From Hemiscyllium ocellatum (Eukaryota), in NCBI RefSeq assembly GCF_020745735.1, contig NC_083409.1, positions 10,219,534 through 10,283,533 on the forward strand: a stretch of 64,000 nucleotides of DNA, given 5' to 3'. The notes below the pieces were generated by a model. The model was not told where the DNA came from. It saw nothing but the letters and a program-made list of their open reading frames with translations, and did no database searches. A program made the position numbers and the translations under genes. This document shows positions 1-13,367 of this stretch, one piece after another; the stretch's first letter is position 1, and each line of letters opens with the position of its first letter.

Positions 1-225
1 AATACTGACACATTGGAATGCTGGTTGAGTGATAGGTGACCGAAAATAGGGATAATGGGTAAGTGCTGAAATTGGCAGGATGTGACTAGTGGTGTCCAAT
101 AGGAAAGTGTGCTCACACCTCAATTAGTTACATTATTTATCAATGACTTGGATAATGGCACAGAAAGTCAAATATTTCAGTTTGCTAATGACACAAAGTT
201 TGGCAGCATTGTAGACAGTGTCAAT
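1..225 (+). mobile_element. CR1-type LINE RT fragment
   Basis: Degenerate FINDLD...FANDTK RT motif. Confidence 0.75.
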
Positions 226-431
226 TGAGTCAGAGAGTCATACAGCATTCAACCAGGGCAGTCTTTAACAGAGTATAATTTATCTTTGATATACAACTCC
301 TTGAACTCCATCTCTCTCTCTCTCACTATATCCCCCTCCTCCTTCACTACCTCAGCTGCATGGATCTCACTCTTATTTTAATCCCTCTTTTCTCTCTCCA
401 AGCTCCATCCCCCTCTCTTTCAAAGCTCCCA

Positions 432-433
<2 letters not shown>

Positions 434-473
<40 letters not shown>
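434..473. repeat. (CT)n microsatellite
   Basis: Pure CT run, source of the ERERER ORFs. Confidence 0.95.
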
Positions 474-476
<3 letters not shown>

Positions 477-1859
477 GAGCACCATCCCTCCCTCATTCTG
501 AGCTGCTGGGAGTTCGATCTGAGCCAATGCCAGTGAATCCCATGGAGAATAATGACGGGATATTTGGAGTGTGAGTTTGATGATGTAAATGTGAACCATT
601 GCAACAAAAACATTACAGATGGTTTGTACAGACAGCAAAGCCCAAACCAGAGCATTGTGTCAATCAACACAGAACTTATGAAAGCTTCAATAAAAACGGC
701 TATTAATGTGATTCTCAGATTATTCTCATTACAAACGGCTGTTTCCCAGTGAAGGCCCATCCTGCTGAATATTAGATACAGCTGAGCTTTGGAAAATATT
801 GGGCAGTTGGAGTGTCATGTGGGGAAGTGTGACCTTGTTCACTTTCACGAGAATCATTCAAATGTGACTGGCACTCTTAAGTTCAAATGGCAATTGGGTA
901 TAATCCTGAAGGTGTAAGAGATACAGAAACTCACATAGTTCTAGTTATCAATGAGGTCTTATCAACACCCTTTTCACAAATCAATTTTAGAAAAGAATGA
1001 TACACTTCCAATCTTATCTATGCAATCTTCTCGTCTGGGAATGGGGAATGAATCTGGCTTTGTGACTATATTCACTTTCTTAGAGTCTACACAGAATCAA
1101 ATTGAACAGTTTGGTTCAGGAACCAATGCTACAGGAGACCTCCAATTATTCTGACTTGGTTCAATCAACTGATTCCCCAACATGGAAGCCCTCTGTTACG
1201 TTGGCCTGTTTCTGTTGGTTTTTGTTTTATTGTGTCTGAATTACCAATTCCATGTCATATTTGATTCATGTGGTACATCCAAGTGTATCATTACAGGACC
1301 ATAAGATAAAGAAGTGGAATTGGGCCATTTGGCCCATCAAGTCTGGTCTCCCATTTATTTATGGTTAATACCGTCTCTCAGCCTGATTCTCTTACTTTCT
1401 CTGCTGCCCTCTGCAACAATCAGTTCCACAGATTAATGACACTCTGGCTGAAGAAATTCCTCCTCAACTCAGTTCGAAAGGTCGACTCTTCACTCTGAGG
1501 CTGTTCCCTCAGGTCTTCAACTCTCCTATTATTGGAAACATCTTCTCCATGTCCACTCGATCCAGGCCTCTCTGTATTGTGTAAGTTTCAATGACATTCC
1601 CTCTCAGCCGTCTAAACTCCATCAATTACAGAATCAAAGACCTCAACTACTCCGAATACAAACATCTTTGTATTTTCTGAGCAATCTCATTAAATCTACC
1701 TGTTGATCTTTCTCCAGATACAGTATCTGAATTCTCGAATATATCTGAAATTGTTCATCCAATAACAGGAAGTTCCCTTTGGGAATTATCTGATTCGCTT
1801 TGGATCTCTTACATTTTCTGATCCCCTCCTCCATTATACTCACTACTTGACAAACCTGT

Positions 1860-2190
1860 ACATGACACGTTGGTTCCTCAAAAACTGGGAGAGGAATTAA
1901 GGATGCTGGTTTTGTGTTGAGGTTTACCTACAACCTGACAAGTAGTACACGTTTTATAAAACTGCACCACATCTTTATCCAATTGTGGCTCAGTAAAATA
2001 CCTATTTCCGGATGCCTGTGTTTTCCAAATCCCCATGTGACCTGCCATGGGAGTCTCATGTGCCCCTTGTACTATCTCCCTCTGATAGCTGGGTGGGACC
2101 AATAGCCAATGTCTAAACAACCATTCTTCATCTGGGGGTCCATGAGAGAGTATCCAAATCCTCATCAGCACTCTGTTTTGAAGTTAACCA
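1860..2190 (-). mobile_element. Gypsy/Ty3 LTR retrotransposon integrase zinc-binding fragment
   Basis: AHETPMAGHMG...KTCTTCQVVGKP (HHCC motif). Confidence 0.8.
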
Positions 2191-2192
2191 TA

Positions 2193-2480
2193 GTGGCACA
2201 GGTGCTCAGTGGTTAGCACTGCTACCTCACAGTGCCAAGGACCTGGGTTCAATTCCATCCCTGGGTGACTGTCTGTCTGGAATTTGCACATACTCCCTGT
2301 GTCTGTGTGGGTTTCCTCCGGGTGCTCCAGTTTCCTTCCACAATCCAAAAGAAATACAGGTCAAGTGAATTGGCCAAGCTAAATTGCCCATAGTGTTAGG
2401 TGTGTTAGTCAGGGGTAAGTGTAGGGGAAGGGCCTGGGTGGGTTACTGTTTGGAGGGCCAGTGTGCACTTGTTGGGCCAA
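2193..2480 (+). mobile_element. tRNA-derived SINE (shark HE1-like)
   Basis: Box A/B-like ctcagtggttagcactgc...ctgggttcaattcc head followed by the family body. Confidence 0.85.
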
Positions 2481-2489
2481 AGGGACTGA

Positions 2490-3500
2490 ATTGAGAAGGA
2501 ACTTCTTCACCCAGGTCGTCGTAAATCTACGAAATTCCTTGTCCAAAGAAGTAGTTGATGTTAATTCAATAAACATTTTTAAAACTAAGGCCAATCTTTT
2601 TTGAACAATAAACGAATTAATAGATACGGTGAGAGTGCAGATAATTGGAGCTGAGTCCAAGAAAACATCAGCCATGATCTTATTGAATGGCAGAGCTGGG
2701 TCGAAGGGCCAGATGGCCTACTCCTGCTCCTGTTCCTAGTTCTTATGTTCTTATGTTCCTTGGGAGTAGTGAGGAACGAAGGGACCTTGGTGTACAAATC
2801 CATCAATCCCGGAAGGTATCAGCACAGTTAGACAGGGTGGTGAAGAAGGCATATGGGATGCTTGCCATCATTAGCCAGGGTGTAGAATATAGGAGTAAGG
2901 AAGTCTTGTTGTTAATTTACAGAGCATTGATTAGGCCATATCGGGAACACTGTGTACAGTTCTGGTCATAACACTGTTGGCAGGACATGACTGCACTGGA
3001 GAGGGTGGAGAGGAGACTCACCAGGATGTTCCCTGGAATGGACTGTCTTAGTTATGAGGAGAGACTGGATAGGCTGGGTTTGTTTTCTCTGGGGGATTTC
3101 TGATTGAGGTTTAAAAAATTCTGGAAGGCATAGACAAAGTAAATCGTGAGAATCTTTTCCCCATGGCAGACATTTCTGTGACCAGAGGGCATAAACAGAA
3201 CGTGATGAAAAAATGGTTAAGAGGGATTTTGAGGACTTTTTTCCCCAGACGGTGTTAGAAATATTAAATGTGCTGCTTGAGAAGGTGGCGGAGGCAACTA
3301 CTCTCACAACATTTAAGAAAGATCCAGATGAGCACAGAAAATACCAGGACATGGAAGGCGATGGACCAAGTGCAGGTAAATGGGGGTGGGGGTGGGGGGG
3401 GGGTGGAATTAACACAGTTTGGTGATTACTGATCAGCAGCGATATGAAGGGCAGGAGAGCCTGATTGTTTGCTGTATGACTCTATGACTATGAAGAGAAG
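2490..3500 (+). mobile_element. CR1-type LINE 3' fragments
   Basis: LDRVVKKAYGML...YRALIRP..EHCVQFWS C-terminal ORF2 motifs and a 3' tail. Confidence 0.8.
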
Positions 3501-3799
3501 GATTTGGAAGCATTTTTCATGTCATTAGAGAAGATAGTTAAACAAGTGAGGTGGGGAAAAAACAATGGAGCTAGACCATGCAAAAATGAACTTGGGAAGC
3601 ACATGAGGTTTCTGCATCCCTATCAGAGGAATATTCTCAGGGTCATGAAAATGTGAAAATCGCTATTCTAAGCACATATGAGTCGGTCCCAGGAACACAC
3701 AGACAGATGTTTCAGAACTTACAGAAACAGCCTGGACAAACATCTCCTGACTTTGAGACTGTGAGGTAGCAGTGCTAACCACTGAGACCCCGTGCCGCC

Positions 3800-4130
3800 A
3801 TGGTTAACTTCAGAACAGAGTGCTGATGAGGAAGTGGAGGCCACCTCATGGACCCCTAGATGAGGAATGGTTGGTTAGACATTGGCTAGTGGTCCAACCA
3901 GCTATCAGAGGCAGCTAGTACAAGGAGCACATGAGACTCCCATGGCAGATCACATGGGGATTTGGAAAACACAGGCATCCAGAAACAGGTATTTTACTGA
4001 GCCACAATTAGATGAAGATGTGATGCAGTTTTATAAAACTTGTCCTACTTCTCAAGTTGTAGGTAAACCTCAACACAAAACCAGCATCCTTAATTCCTCT
4101 CCCAATTTTTGAGGAACCATCGTGCCATGT
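3800..4130 (+). mobile_element. Gypsy integrase fragment (inverted duplicate of 1860-2190)
   Basis: AHETPMADHMG...KTCPTSQVVGKP. Confidence 0.8.
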
Positions 4131-4149
4131 ACAGATTTGTCAACTAGTG

Positions 4150-5270
4150 AGTATAATGGAGATGAGGATGACCCTTACTTCTTTCCATGATAACTATGAA
4201 ACATATGGAGTTATGTTCACTATCTCCAAAATGCTCAACCACTGACTCTTCAACCATTTGACCGGCTTCATTACCAAGGATTGAGTCCAGCACTGCCCAT
4301 GTTTAGAGGGACTACCCATGTACTGGCACCAAAAGCTCTCCTGGATAGACTTTAAAATTTCTACCATTCACACAAAGGCAATCCCAGTTCATGCTAGATA
4401 AGTTGAAATTCCCCAATAATATAACCCTATTCCTCTCACACCTCTCTGTGATTTGCCAACATATCTGCTCCTTTCTCTCCATCTGACAATTGGGAGGCCT
4501 GTAGTATAATCCCAGCAAAGTGATTGTCCTTTTGTTATTTCTAGCTTTACCCAGATGGACTCATTTGAAGAGCCTTCCAAGAAATGCTCCTTCAATCTTG
4601 CAGTGATGGTCTCCTTTATCAATAGTGCAATGCTCCCACCTCTCTTGCATTCCCTCTATCCCACCTGAGACTTCTCTTTCCTGGAATGTTGAGCTGCCAG
4701 TCCGATCTTGCTTCAATCATGTCTCAGCAATTGCAACAATATGATATTCCCACGTGCTGGTCAATGCTCTCAGTTCAACCTCCTTACTCGTCAAGCTCCT
4801 TACATTAAAATAGATACAGTTCAGCTTTCTGGTCCTCCTGTGTTCTGGATACTGTCCTAGTGGTTACCCAGTGGTTTTCTGTGTAGCCCTTACTCTCCCA
4901 TGAAGGGAAACATCCAGCATTTCCCCTGTCAATCCCCTTAAGAATTTGATACGTTTCAATGAGATTCCATCTCATTCTTCTAAATTCCAGGGATCAGATT
5001 CCAAACCTGTTTGACCTTTGCCCATAAGACAATCGCTCCATACCAGGAATCAGTCAAGGGAACCATCTCTGAACTACTTCCAATGCAGGTCCTGTCCGTC
5101 AATAAGGAGCCTGATACTGGACACCATATTCCAGATGTGCTCTCACCAAACCCCTAATCCTAACAGCTGCAGTAAAACGGCCCTGCTTTTAGATTGCATT
5201 CCCTTTACAAGGAGCACCAACACTCCATCTGCCTCCGGATTCACTTGCTGTAGCTGCGTTCTAACTTTGT
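4150..5270 (-). mobile_element. Composite CR1-type LINE fragments (endonuclease region and 3' part)
   Basis: GLYYRPPN...RVILLGNFN endonuclease motif. Same composite as 21050-22470. Confidence 0.75.
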
Positions 5271-6150
5271 GATTCATGTCCCCACATTACACTCCATCTG
5301 CCCAATATCTCTCCAAAGCCCAGCTTTATCGAATACTCAGCAGGATGGACCACATTCACTAGGAAAAAGTCATTTTTTGACAATGCTCTGGTTTGGGCTT
5401 TGCTGTCTGCACAAACCATCTTTAATGTCTTTGCTGCAATGGTTCACATTTACATCATCAAACTCAGACTCCAAATATCCTGTCATTATTCTCCATGGCT
5501 GAAGAATACGGCCCTGGCTGATCCTTTCCCTGCAGCAAGGGACCGAGTGGAATGTCATCATTGGGATTGATATTTGAGAGGTACAGGTCCACTCTGGATC
5601 TGGATCTCTGGTTTGGGAACGTGCCGGGATGCTGGATCAGAGGATGGAGTCTCCTCCAGAACTGGGAAAATGTAACAATGAGAATCCAATCAGACAGAGC
5701 CTTGTCAGGGAGGGGGATGTTGGTGCTGGGCACAGTAAACCAGCTCATGGTGTCCAAGAGGCCGCGTGGGCAGTTTCTGGTTAGAAATTGAAGCTTCTGC
5801 AGCTTCTCCTGGCTTCCAGCTCCATCTGTAAATCAGGAGCAGTTTCAACAGAGGAACCCCATTTCTCATCAGCACAAACTGACACCATCATCAGAACAGA
5901 AGAAATAGGGACAGCAGGAGGCCATTCAGTCCCTCCAGCCTGCTCCACTAAACCCCAGGGAATAGTGTCCCAACCGACTCCATTTGGCCTCATCAGAGAA
6001 TCCCCTTATGCCAGGAATCAGCTTCACGAATCTTTGCTGCACTCCTTCCAGGTAGAGTCTGGGTGAGTCTATCCTTCCATCGGGAAAGAAATCAAAACTG
6101 GACCCAGTGCTGCCGGTGCGGCCTCACCAAGGTCTGACATAATTGGAATA

Positions 6151-6976
6151 TGGAATTCAACGTAAGCAAATGCGAGGTCTTGCACTTTGGCAAAAAGAAT
6201 AAAAGCATAGACTACTTTCTAAACAGTGAGAAAATTCGTTAAGCCAAAGTGCAGAAGGATCTTGGAATGCAAGTCGAGGATTCACTAAAGGTAAACATGC
6301 AGGTTGAGCCCATGATTAAGAAAGCGAATGCAATGTTATCACTTATCTCAAGAGGGTTGGAATATAAAAGCACCATTGTACTACTGAGACTTTATAAAGC
6401 TCTGGTTAGGCCCCATTTGGAGTACTGTTTCTAGTTTTGGTCCCCACACCTCAGGAAGGGCATACTGGCACTGGAACATGTCCAGCGAAGATTCACACAG
6501 ATGATCCCTGGAATGGTTGGTCTAACAAATGAGGAACGACTTAGGATCCTGGGATTGTATTCATTGGAGTTTAGAAGATTAAGGGGAGGTCTAATAGAAA
6601 CTTAGAAGATAATACATGGCTTGGAAAGGGTGGACGCTAGGAAATTTTTTCTGTTAGGCGAGGAGACTAGGACCCGTGGACACAGCCTTAAAATTAGAGG
6701 GGGTAAATTCAGAACAGAATTGCGGAGACATTTCTTCAGCCAGAGAGTGGTGGGCCTGTTGAATTCATTGCCGCAGAGTGCAGTGGAGGCCGGGACGCTA
6801 AATGTCTTCAAGGCAGAGATTGATAAATTCTTGATGTCTCGAGGAATTAAGGGCTACGGGGAGAATGCAGGTGAGTGGAGTTGAAATACCCATCAGCCAT
6901 GATTGAATGGCGGAGTGGACTCGATGGGCCGAATGGCCTTACTTCCACTCCTATGTCTAATGGTCTTATGGTCTTA
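6151..6976 (+). mobile_element. Young 5'-truncated CR1 LINE with 7-bp target-site duplication TGGAATA
   Basis: ORF2 C-terminal motifs (LYKALVRPHLEYC), (GGTCTTAT)n tail, TSD at 6144-6150 and 6977-6983. Confidence 0.85.
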
Positions 6977-7599
6977 TGGAATAAGACTCCTTCCCTCAGA
7001 CATGGACAGCAGCTGGCTCCCAATAATTGGCTCCCTCTCCGTCTCTCTCTTTCTCTCTCTCTTTCTCTCTCTATTTGTCTCTCTCTCTCCTCTTTCCCTC
7101 TCTTTGTCTTTGCATCACCCCATCTCTCCCTCTCTCTCAGTTTCGATGCTGACTTCTACCTCTGAAGGGGCTCTCTGGTGGTCAGTGTGTAATAGAAGGA
7201 GCTGTGTGTCCGTTTTTTTTCGATGCTGTAGGGTTTATGAGCATGGAGGGAGGGGTTTCAGGCTCCGTGTTTTGATGTCAGGCAGTGATGCCTGTCCCAG
7301 TGGGTCAGACTGTGATGCTGCTATTTGCTGGCACTGACACTATGATATGGATTGCAATGTCACTCAGTGTGACAGGAGGTTACATGGCTTGACCAGTGGT
7401 GGGGAGGAGCAGACTGAACAAGGAGCTGCAATCATCAGTCACTGCTGAAACCCTTCACACAGCCCTCACCGTCCTAAACTACGTCACCAAAAATTCTTTC
7501 AGCTCCTTCATGACAGCCCTGGAGCTGAAAATGGAACCAGAGAAAGACACCTTTTCAAGATGCTCCTGGACACAATGTACACTGTGTATTGCCCAATAA

Positions 7600-8865
7600 T
7601 ATGTGCAAAATCATGTCTTACAAAGTTGATTGAGTTTTTTTGAAGACGTAACAAGGAGGATTGATGAGGACAGAGTATTAGACGGGATCTATGTGGACTT
7701 CAGTAAGGCATTCAACAAGGTTCCACATGGGAGACTGTTTAGCAAGGTTATGTCTTATGGAGTACAGGGAGAACTAGCCATTTGTATACAGAACTGGCTG
7801 AAAAGTAGAAGACAGCGGATGGTGGTGGAGGGTTGCTTTTCAGACTGGAGGCCTGTGACCAGTGGAGTGCCACAAGGGTTGGTGCTGAATCCATTATTTT
7901 TCATCATTTATATAAATGATTTGGATGTGAACATAGGAGATATAGTTAGTAAGTTTACAGATGCCACCAAAATTTGGTGGTGTAGTGGACAGTGAAGAAG
8001 GTTTCCTCAGATAACAATGGGATCTTGATCAAAAGGTCCAATGAGCTAAAGAGTGGCAGATGGAGTTTAATTTAGATAAATGTGACGTGCTGCATTTTAG
8101 CAAAGTAAATCTTAGCAGGACGTATGTACTTAATGGTCAGGCCCCAGAGAGTGTTGCTGAACAAAGACACCTTGGAGTGTAGTTTCATATCTCCTTGAAA
8201 GTGGAGTCACAGGTAGATAGGATAGTGAAGAAGGCATTTGGTATGCTTTCCTTTATTGGTCAGAGTACTGAGTACAGGAGTTGGGAGGTCATGTTGCGGC
8301 TGTACAGGACATTGGATAGACCACTTTTGGAAAATTGTGCACAAGTCCGGTCTCCATCCTATCTGAAGAATGTTGTGAATCTTGAAAGGGTTCAGAAAAC
8401 ATTTGCAAGGATGTTGCCAGGTTTGGAGGATTTGTGTTATAGGTAGAAGTTGAATAGGTTGGGGCTTTTTTCGCTGGAGCATCAGAAGCTAAGGGGTGAC
8501 CTTATAGAGGTTTATAAAAGTATGAGGAGCATGCGTAGGATAAAGAGATAAGGTTTTTTCCCTGGGGTTGGGAGTCCAAAACTAGAGGGCATAGGATTAG
8601 GGTGAGAGGGAAAAAACATAAAAGAGACTTGAGGGGGCCAATGTTTCACGCAGAGGGTGGTGTGTGTGTGAAATGGGCTGCCAGAGGAAATGGTGGAGGC
8701 TAGTACAATTACAACATTTAAAATGCATCTGGATAGGGAAATGAATAGGAAGGGTTTCGATGGGTCGGGTGTTGGCAAGTGTACAAGACTGGGGTGGGAT
8801 ATCTGGTCGGCATGGATGGGTTAGACTGAAGGGTCTGTTTCCGTGCTGATCATCTCTATGACTTA
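7600..8865 (+). mobile_element. 5'-truncated CR1 LINE (RT core to 3' tail)
   Basis: [24 protein letters not shown]...FTDATK motifs and a ctctatgac tail. Confidence 0.9.
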
Positions 8866-9744
8866 ATGACTCCAGGAGGAGGTTGTTCAGCCCTTCGTGT
8901 CAGTGCTATCTGTTTACTAACCTCTCACAATGAACATCTCTGTTGAATGTCTGTTGTTGGGAATTGATTGAATCTAGTTTTAGAGACAGAATATCTGACA
9001 AATCTAACCTGATCAGAGTAAGTCATCATGGATTTAAAGAGGTTCAGACATCTTCAACTAACCTGGTGACATACTATAAAGAGGTCACTAATGTGTGAGA
9101 TAAGGGAATGTGTTGTTTATATGGACATCCAGATGACATTCAAGGAAGTTACACACAAATGTTATAATGTTATAATTGAAACAAAGAGATGACAGATAAA
9201 CATATTCTGGATCTTTCTTCACAAATGAATTCTCAAATATATCTTAAAAATGTTGGTGAACCCAGGGTCTTATCAGAGGAAGGAACGAAAGGAATCTGTC
9301 TTTGTAAGGAAATGGTTCTGGGAAAATTAAAGTATGTTAAATCAGCAGGGACAAATAATATATTTTCGGGAGTACTTCAGGAAGCGGTTGTAAAATACTG
9401 GAAACACTGACAGTTATCTGTTTGTCGGCTGTGGGATAGGTTCTAGAGAGTGGAGGGCAGCTAATTTAACACGACTATTGAAAAAGAGAGAGAGAGGGAA
9501 AATAAGGAATTTGAGACCAATTAACCGGACATTAGCAGTGGAGAAACTGTTCAAGATCAGTCTAAAATGTTTTATAGCTTAGCACTTTGAAAACAGTGAC
9601 AGAATTGGACAGAGTCAGCATAGATTTACGAAAGGGAAATATGCTTAACAAATCACCTGGAATTGTTCAAGGATGTAGCAAGTGGATGTGATAATATGGA
9701 CCCCATGGATATGGTTTATTTGGACTTTGTAAGGGGAGAAGGCA

Positions 9745-12240
9745 GATGGATCTGTGGTCAAAAATGAGACTTCTGAATAGCATGTTGCCTCCGAGGTGCA
9801 CAGGTCAGGGATGTGTCAGATCAGCTACAGGACATTCTGAAGGGGGAGGTGAACAGCTAGCTGTGATGGTGCATGTAGGCACAAATGATATCAGTAATAA
9901 ATGGGATAAGGTCCTACAGCAGAATTTAGGAGGTAGGAACCACGTTAAAAAGTAGAACCTCAGAGGTAGTAATCTCAGGATTGCTACCAGTGCCACGTAG
10001 CAGAAATGAAAAAAAAAGGCAGGATGAATGCGTGACTTGAGAGATGGTGTAGGAAGGAGATGCTCAGATTTTTGGGACATTAGGACCAGTTCTGGGCGAA
10101 GTGGGACTATTAAAAATCAGATGGTCTACACCTGGGCAGGACTGGAACTAATGTCCTCTGTGGTACTTTTGCTCATACTCTTGGGGAAGGTTCAAGATAA
10201 GGTAGCAGAGGGATGGCAAGATTAGGGAACCCTGGATGACAGAAGAAATTGTGAGACAAGCTAAGAGGAAAAAGGATGCATACATAAGGTCTATGTGGCT
10301 GTAAACAGATAAAGCTTTGGAAGAATACCGGGAAAGTAGGACAGATCTGAAATGAGGAATTAAAGGGGCTAAAAGGGGTCATGAAATATCATTAGCAAAC
10401 AGGGTTTAGGAAAATCCCAAAACCTTTTATTTATATAAAAGAAGCAAGTGGGGTACCAGTGAAAGGGTTGGCCCACTCAAGGACAAAGGAGGAAAGTTAG
10501 GCGTGGAGTCAGAGAAAATGGGAGAGCTTCTTAATGAGTACTTTGTTTCAGTAGACATCAAGAAGAGGGAAAAGATGGATGTTGAAATTGGGGATAGATG
10601 TTTGATTACTTTAGGTCAAGTCGGTTTAAGAGTGGAGGAAGTGTTGAGTATTCTAAAAAGCATTAAGGTGGACAAGTCCCCATGTCGGGATGGGATCTAT
10701 CCCAGGTTACTGAGGGAACCGAGAGAGGAAATAGCTGGGGCCTTAACAGATATCTTTGTAGCCGCCTTGAACGTGGCAGAGATCCCAGAGGACTAGAGAA
10801 TTGCTAATGTTTTCCCCTTGTTTAAGAAGGGCAGCAAGGATAATCCAGGTTATTATCAACCGGTGAGCCTGACGTCAGTGGTAGGGAAGATGCTGGAAAA
10901 GATACTGAGGGATTGGATCTATTTACATTTGGAAGAAAATTGACTTATCAGTGATAGGCAGCATGATTTTGTGCAGGGAATGTCATATCTTCCTAACTTA
11001 ATAGAATTCTTTGAAGAAGTGACAAAGTTGATTGATGAGGAAAGGGCTGTTTGTGTCATATACATGGACTTCAGTAAGGTGTTTCACAAAGTTCCCCATG
11101 ATAGCCTGATGGAGAAATTAAAGTCACATGGGGTCCAGGGTGTACTAGCCAGATGGATAGAGAACAGGCTGGGCAACAGGAGACAGACAATAGTAGAGGA
11201 AGGGAGTTTCTCAAAATTGAAAACTGACCTGTGGTGTTCCACAGGGATCCATGTTGTTTGTGATGTACATAAATGATCTGAAGGAAGGTATAGGTGGTCT
11301 GATTGGCAAGTTTGCAGATGACACTAAGATTGGTGGAGTAGCAGATAGTGAAGGGGACTGTCAGAGAATACAGCGGAATATAGACAGATTGGAGAGTTGG
11401 GCAGAGAAACGGATGGATGGAGTTCAATCTGGACAAATTCGAGCTGATGAATTTTGGAAGATCCAATTCTAGATGAACTATACAGTGAATGGAAAGTCCT
11501 GGAGAAAATAGATGTACAGAGAGATCTGGGTGTTCAGGTTCATTGTAACCTGAATGTTGCAACACAGGTCGATAGAGTGGTCAAGAAGGCATATGGCCTG
11601 CTTTCTTTTATCGGGTGGAGAACTGAGTACAAAAGTTGGCAGGTCATGATAGAATTATATCGGACTTTGGTTTGGCCACATTTGGAATACTGCCCACAGT
11701 TCTGGTCGCCATATTACCAGAAGGATGTGGATGCTTTGGAGAGGGTGCAGAGGAGGTTCACTGGGATTGCCTGGTATGGAGGGCACTAGCTATGGAGAAA
11801 GGGTGAGTAGATCAGGATTATTTTCATGAGAAAGTCGAAGGTTGAGGGGAGACCTGCTTGAGATCTACAAAATCATGAGTGGGAGAGATAGAGTGGATAG
11901 CACGAAGCTTTTTCCCAGAGTGGGGGACTCAATTACTCGGGGTCATGAGTTGAAGGTTAGAGGGGAAAGTTTAAGGGAGAAATGCATGGAAAGTTCTTTA
12001 CACAGAATGTGGTTGGTGCCTGGAACGTGTTGCCAGCCAAGGTAATAGAGGCAGGCATGGTCGCACCATTAAAGATGTATCTAGACAGACACAGGAACGG
12101 GCAGGGAGCAAAGGGATAAAGATCCTTGGAAAATTGATGACCAGTTTAGGTCGATGTTCTGGATCGACGCAGGCTTCGAGGGCCGAAGGATCTGAGTCTG
12201 TGCTGTAATTTTCTTTGTTCTTTGAACTGACGAAGCTCAG
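9745..12240 (+). mobile_element. CR1 LINE remnants: ORF1 esterase fragment and ORF2
   Basis: VMVHVGTNDI (SGNH-type ORF1), KSPCRDGIYPRLL, YMDFSK, YINDL..FADDTK. Confidence 0.85.
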
Positions 12241-12945
12241 TGGTACATAGTGATCTTGGGGTACTTGCCCACGGATCTCTGAATGTGGCAAGACAGGTTA
12301 ACAGAGCAGTTATGAAGGCACTTGTATTTGTCATTTCAGGTATTGGTTATAAAAGCAGGAGGATATGGTGCAGTTAAGCAGAACATTACTTAGGCCACAG
12401 CTGGAATACTGTGGGCAGTTCAGGTCACCACACTGTAGGAAGGATGTGATTGCACTGGATGGGGTGCAGAGGGGAATCACCAGGATGTTACGTGGGATTA
12501 AACCTCTCAGTGATGAAGAGAAATTGGATCAGCTCGGGTTGTTTTCTTCAGCGCAGAGAACGTGGAGGGGGGACGTGATAGAGGTGTATAAGGTTATGAG
12601 GGGAATGGGCATGGTGGAGAGAAAGCAGCTGTCTTCCTTTGTCGGGGGGTGGTGGTCAATAACAAGTTGGTTCACATTCAATGTGAAAGATAGGAGGTTT
12701 CAAGATGTTTTGAGGAAATTGTTTTTCACCCAGAGGATGATGTGGTTCTTGAATGCACACCATGGAAAGGTAGTTGAAGTGGGAAACCTGAAAAAGTACT
12801 TGGGTGAGTAGTTGAAATGTCATAACATTCAAGCGATGGGCCTTGTGTTGGAAAGTGAGACTGGTGTAGGTTTAGTGGAAATTGGCTGGTACACAGTTAA
12901 TGGGCCAAAGGGCCTCCTCTGTACTGTGTGATTTTATGATTCTAT
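12240..12945 (+). mobile_element. CR1 LINE 3' fragment
   Basis: RTLLRPQLEYCGQFRSPH..KDVIALDGVQR. Confidence 0.8.
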
Positions 12946-13367
12946 TGTGTGCAGTTTTGGACTCAGTATCTGAGAAATGATGTTCTGGTTGTGGAGGGAG
13001 GGAAATGAAGGTTTACCAGACTGATCCCTGGGACGACAGCACTTATATTTGTTGAGAAACTGGATCAGTTAGGACTATATTCACTGGAGTTTAGAAGATT
13101 GAGAGGAATCACATTAAAACCTATAAAATCCTAACAGGACAAGACCGGAAAAACACAGGAAGGATGTTCCTAATGACTGGAAAATCCAGAACCAGGAATT
13201 ACAGTTTAAAGAAAAGGGAAAGGCCATTTCGGACTGAAATGAGGAGACATTTCTTTAGCCAGAGAGTGGGAAGCTAGTGGAATATTCTGTCACAGAAAGC
13301 AGTTGAGCCCAAAACATGAAATGTTTTCAAGAAGATGATAGGGACAGTTCTTGGGACTGAAGGGATT

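Noticed and set aside
951-1154. GNES word resembling RNase L NVGNESDI
   Set aside because: Only a four-residue match with no supporting context or splice signals.
2193-2280. tRNA-like sequences (also heads of the other SINEs)
   Set aside because: These are SINE heads with only box A/B similarity and no cloverleaf or anticodon arm. Likewise the repeated SINE blocks are not CRISPR arrays, since this is eukaryotic DNA and there are no spacers.
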